Origin: a virus
Lineage: Duplodnaviria > Caudoviricetes
Reading direction: 5' to 3' (one strand)
DNA: 25,067 nucleotides
IMG/VR virus record: IMGVR_UViG_3300020403_000082
Coordinates: 1 to 25,067 of that record
A program made the translations under genes and the position numbers. The notes under the pieces were generated by a model that saw only the letters and a list, made by a program, of their open reading frames with translations, had not been told where the DNA came from and did no database searches. Below are positions 16,944 to 25,023 of this stretch, one piece after another (the stretch's first letter is position 1; each line of letters opens with the position of its first letter).

Positions 16944-19900
16944 TTAAACTGAGCTTGCTGCCGCTACGTTGCCACTTGCAATTTCACCTGTGTTCTTTAG
17001 GCGGATTGGAATAAAGATAAATTCCGCAGCCTTTGTAGGTTCAATAGCAATATCAACATATAGTTCGTTACGGTCTATTCTATCTGGTGTGTTATTTGTT
17101 TCATCACACACAACCAAGTAGTCAAATACACCACGCTTTGCAACCAAATCGTTGAGAGTTTGTTCAATTTGTTGTTTGATTTCGTCTCTTGTTAGTTTAT
17201 CATTTGGTTCAAATACAAAGCCTGTTGCAATTGTCTGCATCTGGCGTCTCAAGTAACCAGTTAGGCGTGCTACGTTAATACGATCCAGCGCACTTGTGCT
17301 TGCTGCACGAGTCTTGTTACCGTAGTTTAGGATACCACTGCCTGCAAAGAATGCAATTGGATTAATGCGGTTTGAATAAAGTGTATCTCTTACACTTTCA
17401 CGAACGTTATCATTTACAAATGCACCCGTTACTGAATTAATGTATCCAATACTTGCTACGTTATCAACTAGTCCACGACGTGTACCTGCTGGTGCAAACC
17501 ATGGGAAACTAATATCATCGCTACGTGCAATAGTACGCATCATTGCATGACTTGCTGGAACAACTACTGTGTTTCCACTTAGGTCATTTGTTGTTGCGGA
17601 TGGATAAAACACACCCAAATATGGATCGCTAGTAACTAGTCCATCTTCGTTGTTATCCGTTGCATTTGCTGTGTTTGTTGCATAGTTTTCAATTGCTGTG
17701 CTTGTTGCTGCTAAACGCATTGGTGTATCACCTATAACAAACGCTGTTTGACGTCTATCATTGTTTAGTGCAACCATGTTACTGATTAGCTCTGGATATC
17801 CAGGTGCTGCAATTAAGTTAAATGTTCTGCTATCTTCACGTAATGCTGTGCTTGCATCCAGTGCAGATTTCATTGCAGTTGCAACAATAGCTCTTACTGC
17901 TTTACGTCCAAAACTTGAACCACTTGATGTTACCCATGCATCCTTCTCTGTAGGAAGTGTTGGATATGTACTTGTGTCACTAAAGTTTGTACGTGAGAAG
18001 TGATCTGCTTTAAACTGCTTGACACCATATGAACTACGGCGTGTGTTAAACAGTAGCATACCACGTGGATAAATTGTTGGATCTGGACGATCAATATCTA
18101 AATAATCGCTTGTCAACAGTGTTTTTGTAGTAGGAATATCGCCTGTTACTACATCTGTTGTACCATCTCCCATAAAACGTGCATCGCCAAAGATAATTCC
18201 ATCTTCAGTTGTATTATCTGTCTTATCAATTGATACCCACTGTGCTTCACCATCAACTGTTTCACGTCTATATAGTGAAGGATAGTTTTCTAAATCACTT
18301 GTGTCAATCCACAAATCACCGTTAACTAGTGCAGTATCATCACTCTGTAGTGTTGGAGCACTTGTGCTAAAGATTACACCGTCTGGTGATGTGTCGCCAA
18401 GTGCAAAACCACGTGTGTCTGTGATGTTCTGATAACCTTTCCAAGTTGTTCCATCATGTATTAGGATGTCTGCCTCAAATCCGCCATGATACCAGTATGT
18501 GTCATTTGCTGGATTAGCACTTGGTGAACTTGTACTTGCAGTATATGTATCTGCAATCCAGTTACTTAGGATAATGTCACTGTTGTTACCTGCACGTACC
18601 TGTTTTGTTGTAATGCCAGTTACAATACCTGCATCCACTAGTGGAGTACCGCTTGTGTCTTTCATTACAATTACACCACCTAGTGCATGTTCAATTACTA
18701 GATAGCCTGCACTATTAATACTTGCACTTACATTAGCAACGTTAGCACCATTAATGTCACTTGCCATGCTTGCTAGACTAGTGCCACTTAGTACTACTGT
18801 TACTGCTGTTGAAAGTGTTGTACTGTTTGCCGAACTTGCTTGGATTGTAAATGTCTCACTTGCTGTAAGTGGATTAGCACTGTTAATGTTACCCGATACA
18901 CTTAGTACACCTGCACTATAACGTTTGAATAGTTTGTAGGTTACTGTATCGTTTTCACTTACATCATACTGAATATAAAAACTACCTGCTGTAATATTCT
19001 TACCGCCCGTTGCGTCCATATTCTTTAGTGCAGTTTGATCGTTTGTGTATGCATTTGCAGTACCAGTTACAAATGCCGCTGTGGCTGTATCATATGTGCT
19101 TACATCTGCTAGGAAGCCTAGGTTACTGTTTGTTGTCTTAACCCATACACTTCCTGTAGGACGTGGCACTGTGTCTGTAGATTTCCATGCTGGAACAGTA
19201 TAGTGTGGATCCTGTGCAATAAGTGGTCTTGCATATGTACCTGCTGTCAGTCCTGCATCTGTTAGGATAGTGCCTGAACCATTTGCTAGTACAATTTTAC
19301 CGTCTGCTACACTATCAACACCTACTGCTGTACTGTTTGCATAAATTTCAATTTTGTTACTGTGTACATCTGCTGTCACGCCTGTAATACTTGCATTGTT
19401 AATACTAGTCTTAAGATCATTTACAGTACTACCAACCATTGTTACAGTTGTGCCGTTAATAACAATTGAATTACCATTTGTAAATCTTGGACTTGCTACT
19501 GTTCCTGCAATTGTTGGATGTGAGATCTGCCAACTTGCACTACCTACTAGTACCCATGCATTGCTGCGATTCTTGTAGTACACAGGGTTATTGACGTTAG
19601 TTGCTACCAATGCGTAATCACCAATCGCACCTATTGAAGTCTTTGGAACGCCACCTTGTAAATCTGTTGTACTTGTGATTACAGTTGGAACTTTATTTGT
19701 AAATGCACCTGTACTTCCGTTCCATTCAAATATTCCCCAACGTGTATCTGTACTCATGTCCCACCAAACTGTACCGTCTGTTGGAGTGCCTAGTGGACGA
19801 CTTGTGCTACTTTGTAGTTCTGCTAGATCAACATCTGCACGGATGACATATGCTCTGTTACTAACACCTAGCAAACTGTATGCTGCTAGTAGACCATATT

Positions 19901-20171
19901 CATTAAGTTCGTAACCGTTAATTGGTGTACCTGATGCTGTATTGTAGAATGTTGGATTTCCAAATGTTGCAGTAAGTTCTCTCTGACTGCCTATTAGGAA
20001 TGTTTCGCCTGCATTTGCGGCTGTTGTACCTGTAGCAGTACCAGTTCCTGTACCACTTGTTTTGTCTTGTGCAGTTGCAATAACAATTGCTGCTACTGAA
20101 CCTGCCGCTGATGGTGCGTAGTTGCTTTCGTCAATTACTGTGACTTCTACGCCTGGTGATATTAGTGCCAT
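16944..20171 (-). CDS. gp18: Contractile tail sheath protein (T4 gp18-like), extended to 1075 aa
   Basis: MALISPGVEVTVIDES N-terminus, FGNP, IAAPG, YPS, PWFAPAGTRRG, RDTLYSNRINPI, GNKT, DRINVARL, FEPND..TR, VCDETNNTPDRIDRNELYVDIAIEPTKAAEFI. Confidence 0.97.
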   Translation of the reverse strand: MALISPGVEVTVIDESNYAPSAAGSVAAIVIATAQDKTSGTGTGTATGTTAANAGETFLIGSQRELTATFGNPTFYNTASGTPINGYELNEYGLLAAYSLLGVSNRAYVIRADVDLAELQSSTSRPLGTPTDGTVWWDMSTDTRWGIFEWNGSTGAFTNKVPTVITSTTDLQGGVPKTSIGAIGDYALVATNVNNPVYYKNRSNAWVLVGSASWQISHPTIAGTVASPRFTNGNSIVINGTTVTMVGSTVNDLKTSINNASITGVTADVHSNKIEIYANSTAVGVDSVADGKIVLANGSGTILTDAGLTAGTYARPLIAQDPHYTVPAWKSTDTVPRPTGSVWVKTTNSNLGFLADVSTYDTATAAFVTGTANAYTNDQTALKNMDATGGKNITAGSFYIQYDVSENDTVTYKLFKRYSAGVLSVSGNINSANPLTASETFTIQASSANSTTLSTAVTVVLSGTSLASMASDINGANVANVSASINSAGYLVIEHALGGVIVMKDTSGTPLVDAGIVTGITTKQVRAGNNSDIILSNWIADTYTASTSSPSANPANDTYWYHGGFEADILIHDGTTWKGYQNITDTRGFALGDTSPDGVIFSTSAPTLQSDDTALVNGDLWIDTSDLENYPSLYRRETVDGEAQWVSIDKTDNTTEDGIIFGDARFMGDGTTDVVTGDIPTTKTLLTSDYLDIDRPDPTIYPRGMLLFNTRRSSYGVKQFKADHFSRTNFSDTSTYPTLPTEKDAWVTSSGSSFGRKAVRAIVATAMKSALDASTALREDSRTFNLIAAPGYPELISNMVALNNDRRQTAFVIGDTPMRLAATSTAIENYATNTANATDNNEDGLVTSDPYLGVFYPSATTNDLSGNTVVVPASHAMMRTIARSDDISFPWFAPAGTRRGLVDNVASIGYINSVTGAFVNDNVRESVRDTLYSNRINPIAFFAGSGILNYGNKTRAASTSALDRINVARLTGYLRRQMQTIATGFVFEPNDKLTRDEIKQQIEQTLNDLVAKRGVFDYLVVCDETNNTPDRIDRNELYVDIAIEPTKAAEFIFIPIRLKNTGEIASGNVAAASSV

Positions 20172-20211
20172 GTTTTTGTTCCTTATCTCTCACAAGATTT
20201 ATATTATATGT

Positions 20212-20218
20212 TATTTAT
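20212..20218 (-). promoter_or_regulatory. Late promoter box for tail sheath
   Basis: GATAAATA 40 nt upstream of ATG, leader with TAAGGA. Confidence 0.8.
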
Positions 20219-20268
20219 CCGGACACCCTTAAAATAGCACAATTTGCCGTATCCCTTTAAAGGTATGA

Positions 20269-20275
20269 TTAAATA
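20269..20275 (+). promoter_or_regulatory. Late-type box, predicted leaderless
   Basis: TTAAATA-ACACT-ATG (ATG 20281). Confidence 0.7.
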
Positions 20276-20280
20276 ACACT

Positions 20281-20613
20281 ATGGAACGCCCTTTATGTGA
20301 ACACTGTGGACAACGTCCTAAAGCAATTAACTACTACAAAGACGATAAGCCATACTTCAGACGCAAGTGTGAGCAGTGCCTAAAGACACATAGGCCTGTA
20401 AAACCATTATGGGTAGATGCAGGATATAAAGTAAAACGTACATGTGAAGCATGTGGCTTCAAACCTACAATTCGTGCGCAGGTGACTGTGTACTATATAG
20501 ATGGAAATTTAAAAAATATTGACAGTAAAAACTTGCGGACTGTATGCCTTAACTGTAATGCAGAATTAATTAAAACGGGATGGCACCGAGGCGGGCTAAC
20601 ACCTGATGTTTAA
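20281..20613 (+). CDS. Zinc-finger protein with degenerate HNH motif
   Basis: Four CxxC pairs (CEHC, CEQC, CEAC, CLNC); VYYIDGNLKNIDSKNLRTVCLNCN aligns to xHHIDGNxxNNxxxNLxxLCxxCH with the histidines replaced. Confidence 0.85.
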   Translation: MERPLCEHCGQRPKAINYYKDDKPYFRRKCEQCLKTHRPVKPLWVDAGYKVKRTCEACGFKPTIRAQVTVYYIDGNLKNIDSKNLRTVCLNCNAELIKTGWHRGGLTPDV

Positions 20614-21187
20614 GTTCTGACATAGTGCTATCGTTATAGATAATTTCATCGAATCTATCATTAGTATCTGCCCACTTCCATTCACTTGGATGAACATCTT
20701 CTTCAGCCATAAAATTACTTCCAGTTTGTGTATCAAGCACTGCTTTACTCCACCATTCAGGATTGTCACCACGCTTTACCCACCAAACTTCTCCGCCAAT
20801 ATCACGAATCATTTGTTGTTCGTTTTGAAAACGTACATCTGGTATAACATAGTTTCCTGGATTGTCCAGTATAGTCTTTTTAAGTAAACTTACCCAGACT
20901 CCGTCATTAAAGCCATCACGCATGCAATCAGTACCAAATAACTGCAGAACCAAGCGAGGAGTGACTTCCATTTTCGTTTCATTAGACCAAAAGTCGTCTC
21001 GTTGTTCACGCCATTGTCTTGATTCATCAGTATCTCCTTCGAGTAAGTCTCTATCCCAACCGAAGATAGTGCTTACACCATCCTTAAGTTTATCAGCAAA
21101 ACTTACTTTTTTAAAGTTGTGTTCAACAAGGATATCCGCAACGGTGCCCTTACCAGAACCAATAAGTCCGCAAATGCCTATAATCAT
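20570..21187 (-). CDS. Deoxynucleoside monophosphate kinase (T4 gp1-like)
   Basis: IIGICGLIGSGKGT P-loop, FADKLK, TPRLVLQLFGTD, VIPDVRFQNE, HPSE motifs. Confidence 0.93.
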   Translation of the reverse strand: MIIGICGLIGSGKGTVADILVEHNFKKVSFADKLKDGVSTIFGWDRDLLEGDTDESRQWREQRDDFWSNETKMEVTPRLVLQLFGTDCMRDGFNDGVWVSLLKKTILDNPGNYVIPDVRFQNEQQMIRDIGGEVWWVKRGDNPEWWSKAVLDTQTGSNFMAEEDVHPSEWKWADTNDRFDEIIYNDSTMSELKHQVLARLGAIPF

Positions 21188-21201
21188 GTTAGCCTCTTTT
21201 G

Positions 21202-21957
21202 TTAGCCAATTATAAATGAAAGTGGATCAGAACCATCAACATAGTTGCGCAGTTCTTCATCGAGTTTATCTAGTTCAACTTGTGCTTCTGCTTTAAGAGC
21301 ATCACCGTTGAGACTTGTGCCGCCTTGTGGGCCTGCAATAGTTGTAAATTTGCCTCTTGCTTCGCCCAGTGTATACTTTGCAAGAGCAAGTGCATAATCC
21401 TGCACCCATGGACCAGCATGTCTGTCCTGTAGTAATCTTGCTTCTGGGCGTAGGTTGTAAGTCCATAATACAATGTTTTCACCGCTTGCACTAAACTTAC
21501 GAAGAAGAGTTAAAACTTTAGTAACTGGATTGAATTCAAAGTTTATGAATCCACCGAACAGTCTAGCACTTAGTTCTTGATACTGATAGTACATTTCATA
21601 TGTAGCCATACCACCAATACGTCCGCTTTGTAACAAATATGTATTTTGAAACGCCGCTTCAAAAGGTTCAAATTGTGTGCCAGTTTCACTTGATCCACTA
21701 CCTACACTACGTCTGTATACTTGACGTACTTCTTCTATTTCATCAGGTAGTGTGTATTCTTGCTGTTCTTTAACTACACTAAGAAACACATAAGAACTTT
21801 CATATGCATTTTGACTACGCTGACGAAAACGTTTTACTGCCTTGTCAATACTATTATCATAGTGTTCCGGATCAAGTTCAACATCAACCATGCCATCGCC
21901 TAAACGATAGCGAATATAATCTACTGTATCTGCTCTTAAACTTGCTAGTGTTGCCAT
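21202..21957 (-). CDS. gp13: Neck/head-tail adaptor protein (T4 gp13-like)
   Basis: YIRYRLGDGMVDVEL...IDKAV N-terminus; WVQDYALALAKYTLGEARGKF...GPQGGTSLNGDALKAEA..ELDKL..EL...P..FIIG C-terminus. Confidence 0.88.
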   Translation of the reverse strand: MATLASLRADTVDYIRYRLGDGMVDVELDPEHYDNSIDKAVKRFRQRSQNAYESSYVFLSVVKEQQEYTLPDEIEEVRQVYRRSVGSGSSETGTQFEPFEAAFQNTYLLQSGRIGGMATYEMYYQYQELSARLFGGFINFEFNPVTKVLTLLRKFSASGENIVLWTYNLRPEARLLQDRHAGPWVQDYALALAKYTLGEARGKFTTIAGPQGGTSLNGDALKAEAQVELDKLDEELRNYVDGSDPLSFIIG

Positions 21958-21984
21958 AGTGTATTCCTCTTATACACTATTTAT
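21956..21984 (-). promoter_or_regulatory. Late box plus 9-bp hairpin over the gp13 translation start
   Basis: ATAAATA at 21984-21978; perfect inverted repeat ATAGTGTAT / ATACACTAT (21980-21972 / 21964-21956) with AAGAGGA (SD) in the loop and AT of ATG in the stem. Confidence 0.8.
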
Positions 21985-23123
21985 TACTTTACGGCTTTAA
22001 GGATTACAGTATCAGAGTTGATGCGTCCGTTCATTTTTGTTTCCACTGCGTTAATGTTATCCATAAATTTACGCAGAGCAACTTTGCCACTTTTGTTAAA
22101 CTCACGCAACTGTTCTTCAGGCTTCCGCAATGTTTTTGCTACACTAGCATTAGCATTAAAGAACTGTAGAGTAGTTCCTTTTACTTGTAGTGTTTGGTGC
22201 TCTTCAGCAATATACTTGCCAATCTTTCGTGTCTTAACATTGAATACCCAAACTTCTGTAGCATCAATAATATCTGCAGGATTTATGCTGGCTACTTTAT
22301 ACTTTTCGTCGGTTTTACAATATTTCATTTTTGCAACCAACTTGTCAGCACTCTTAGGTTTGGGTGTTCTTGTCTTGCGAGTTGCTTTGCTTTCTGCTGT
22401 AATTAAATCACAAGCACCAACTATACTGTTGAATAGTTCAACACCTTTCTTAACATCACTTTTACTAAGATGTGCATAGCCTTCACGCAAGTCTTCTTCC
22501 TGTTCACGTGCAGGTTGTTGTAGCATTTGGTATTCTGCTAGTGTGCCTTCATAAAAAGCACGAATGTGTCTTGCATGTGCTTGATTAACACCCTGTTTGC
22601 GGAAGAACTTGATAGCATCAAACTTCTTAAACTTAGTAGGATCTGAAATAAATTCATCCACTACTTCTTCTATTTCAGCAATAATGTTACCACTTGCTTC
22701 TTTAATACGTTCTTGAATACTAGGCACATAAACATTTTTAGGCTTTGCACTTTCTTCAGCCTTAACTTCAGCAATAATAGTTTTGCCTTTCTCAGCCAGA
22801 CGATCTACAAAGAATCCAGTCATCCAGTTATGACTATCTTCCGGAATAAGTTCTGCAAGATTGTTGTTCATATAATAGCAATATGCGGCTACATGTGCAT
22901 ATGCAATAGCACCATCGTTATTCTTAAAGATAGCCTGTTGAGTAGCCTTATCGTAATTCTTTTTGACATAGGCTTTAATAATAGGTAAGTATTCTTTCCT
23001 ATCTACTTCAAAGTGAAAGAAGTCTTTTGCACGTTTGTAATTGTCTAAAGGGGCGGCACCCGCCCCTGTAGTTTTACGTCTAGCACGTACTGCCTTTTTA
23101 CGTTTACGTGTTGCTAATGCCAT
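21984..23123 (-). CDS. Hypothetical protein (379 aa), basic N-terminus
   Basis: Long ORF with SD GGAGG; C-terminal VWVFNVKTRK...VKGTT...KTLRKPEEQL...GRIN region resembles a conserved unknown of T4-like phages; no function recognisable. Confidence 0.8.
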   Translation of the reverse strand: MALATRKRKKAVRARRKTTGAGAAPLDNYKRAKDFFHFEVDRKEYLPIIKAYVKKNYDKATQQAIFKNNDGAIAYAHVAAYCYYMNNNLAELIPEDSHNWMTGFFVDRLAEKGKTIIAEVKAEESAKPKNVYVPSIQERIKEASGNIIAEIEEVVDEFISDPTKFKKFDAIKFFRKQGVNQAHARHIRAFYEGTLAEYQMLQQPAREQEEDLREGYAHLSKSDVKKGVELFNSIVGACDLITAESKATRKTRTPKPKSADKLVAKMKYCKTDEKYKVASINPADIIDATEVWVFNVKTRKIGKYIAEEHQTLQVKGTTLQFFNANASVAKTLRKPEEQLREFNKSGKVALRKFMDNINAVETKMNGRINSDTVILKAVK

Positions 23124-23280
23124 GTTCTTCCTCCAGCCATTGTTCGTAATTATCTACTTGTAGTTCTTTCAGTCTAATTGTAGTATCGAGAACTTGAATT
23201 ACGTCTTTGGGATCAACACCTACTTCTAATGCACGTTTACACGTTTTTAGGGTATCAATGTCACTTAGAATGTCTTCCAT
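23104..23280 (-). CDS. Small hypothetical protein (58 aa), below the ORF-track cutoff
   Basis: Manual translation MEDILSDIDTLKTCKRALEVGVDPKDVIQVLDTTIRLKELQVDNYEQWLEEEHGISNT*; TAATG coupling to the upstream gene; overlaps the next start by 20 nt. Confidence 0.75.
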   Translation of the reverse strand: MEDILSDIDTLKTCKRALEVGVDPKDVIQVLDTTIRLKELQVDNYEQWLEEEHGISNT

Positions 23281-23516
23281 TACACAACCTTTCCATTTGC
23301 AATTAGAGAACTTTTCATAAGATATACTTGCTTCAAGCGACTTTCAAGAAACTTAATAACTTTAGGAGAACTAGGAAGTTGTGGAACACGAGCAACTTCA
23401 TCCATAATCTGTTGCGGTAAAACACGCAAACAACGTTCAACACTTTCAAATTGCTTATCAACAGGTAAACTTTTAATAAACTCTTTGAACTTTGCGTTAC
23501 TTAATGGCTTAGACAT
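23280..23516 (-). CDS. Hypothetical protein (78 aa), early-type
   Basis: Strong SD TAAGGAG and a sigma70-type promoter just upstream. Confidence 0.8.
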   Translation of the reverse strand: MSKPLSNAKFKEFIKSLPVDKQFESVERCLRVLPQQIMDEVARVPQLPSSPKVIKFLESRLKQVYLMKSSLIANGKVV

Positions 23517-23546
23517 CTATCTCTCCTTAATTTCAACTTACTACTT

Positions 23547-23583
23547 AATATAGCACGTCTAGAGAATGTGTCAACCTTTTTTT
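23547..23583 (-). promoter_or_regulatory. Sigma70-type early/middle promoter
   Basis: A-tract, TTGACA (23574-23569), 16-nt spacer ending TGC, TATATT (23552-23547); extended -10 TG present. Confidence 0.75.
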
Positions 23584-23798
23584 ATAGTAATTTTGTAACT
23601 TCCTGGATTATGAGGTTCACAGTACCATGCTGTGATGTACGGATGTTGTCCACACCATGTCTGGAACTCATGCATGATTTGTCCCTGTCCTGTGATTACA
23701 ACTATTGTTTTTTTCCTGTCATAGTATGCATCAGTGACTCTTGTATTGAATACTCTCCAAGCCGCATGTACAGAATGTCCGTGTAAATCTAGTTTCAT
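23571..23798 (-). CDS. Stand-alone Smr (small MutS-related) domain protein
   Basis: KLDLHG N-terminal motif, VVITGQG (cf. IITGKG), NPGSY.I.I C-terminal strand; 75 aa. Confidence 0.88.
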   Translation of the reverse strand: MKLDLHGHSVHAAWRVFNTRVTDAYYDRKKTIVVITGQGQIMHEFQTWCGQHPYITAWYCEPHNPGSYKITIKKG

Positions 23799-23803
23799 TG
23801 AGT

Positions 23804-23822
23804 TATTTATAGGCGATAAATA
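23804..23822. promoter_or_regulatory. Divergent late promoter pair
   Basis: Minus TATAAATA (23811-23804, full T4 consensus)-ACTCA-ATG for Smr; plus GATAAATA (23815-23822) then leader with AAGGA for the gp14-like gene. Confidence 0.82.
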
Positions 23823-23841
23823 CTACGCAAAAGGAACAAAC

Positions 23842-25023
23842 ATGCCAAGAATATCATTATGGAAAGACGGTGCCCACACCAACGATTACAGATTCTTTGA
23901 TAGAAGAATAAAAGAAATGTTTACAATTGGTGGCACTGGTATCAATGTTCATAAGTACTTGGGCATTGCTAGTCAGGGGCAAAGCGATGATCCTAGTCAA
24001 CCAAACTATGAAGAGCCGGATCCGCTAGGCATTCAGGACTTTCTGTTTTTAGAAAATAGAGATCGTATATATGATCAAGACATATATAATTTACGTGGTA
24101 TCTACAGTGTAAGCGATACAGACTTTGATCTATCACAGTTTGGTTTGTTTCTAGCAAACGACACACTATTCATTACGTTCCACGAAAACGACATGGTTAA
24201 CAACCTTGGTCGTAAACTTATGGCAGGTGACGTAATTGAACTTCCGCATCTCAAAGACTTTAGCGCACTTGACGAAAGCGTTGAACTAAGTCTTAAAAGA
24301 TATTATGTTATTCAGGAGGGTAGTCGTCCTAGTGAAGGATTTACACCAACTTGGTGGAGTCACCTATGGCGTGTTAAATGTACACCACTAGTTGATAGCC
24401 AAGAATACAATGATATCCTTAACATTATCCAAGAGGATGCAGACGGAAATCCAACACAGAGTACACTACGGGATCTATTAAGTACATATCAGAAAGAATT
24501 AGATATTAGTAATAAGGTAGTTGAGGCTGCAGAAGCAGAAGTACCAAAGAGTGGTTACAAAACAGATCAATTCTACGTTGTACCAACAGATCCTACAGGT
24601 AATCCATTAGAACCTAAGGGTTTAAATGCAGATGATACCGCTGTCAATGCTGATAATACGGATGCTAGTGCAGACTTCCGCAGAATAACGCCACAAAATG
24701 CAAATTCTTACAGTGGATATTTGGTAGGAAATGGACTTGCACCCAATGGTGAACCAATTAGTATGGGTACAAGTTTTCCTGGTACTGCACAAGAAGGAGA
24801 TTTTGTATTGCGTGTAGATTTCTTACCCAATAGACTTTTCCGTTATAGCGGAAACCGTTGGATTAAAGTAGAAGATGATGTACAATCAGCACTAACACCT
24901 GGTGCAGGTAACAAACTAACAGATAGATTCATTAATAACACAAGCACATTTACTGCAGATGACAATACTACAGCAACAAGTAGACAGTCACTTAGTGAAG
25001 CACTAAAACCTAGAGAAGATTGA
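23842..25023 (+). CDS. Neck protein, T4 gp14-like with C-terminal extension (393 aa); start corrected to ATG 23842
   Basis: DFLFLENRDR, DLSQFGLFLANDTLFITFH (cf. gp14 SKFGL..DE..F), GDVIELP, WRVKC; late box and SD; followed by a gp15-like start. Confidence 0.7.
   Translation: MPRISLWKDGAHTNDYRFFDRRIKEMFTIGGTGINVHKYLGIASQGQSDDPSQPNYEEPDPLGIQDFLFLENRDRIYDQDIYNLRGIYSVSDTDFDLSQFGLFLANDTLFITFHENDMVNNLGRKLMAGDVIELPHLKDFSALDESVELSLKRYYVIQEGSRPSEGFTPTWWSHLWRVKCTPLVDSQEYNDILNIIQEDADGNPTQSTLRDLLSTYQKELDISNKVVEAAEAEVPKSGYKTDQFYVVPTDPTGNPLEPKGLNADDTAVNADNTDASADFRRITPQNANSYSGYLVGNGLAPNGEPISMGTSFPGTAQEGDFVLRVDFLPNRLFRYSGNRWIKVEDDVQSALTPGAGNKLTDRFINNTSTFTADDNTTATSRQSLSEALKPRED

Noticed and set aside
23734-23841. 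N-terminal extension of the gp14-like ORF
   Set aside because: Overlaps Smr antisense and lies upstream of the late box and SD that point to ATG 23842.
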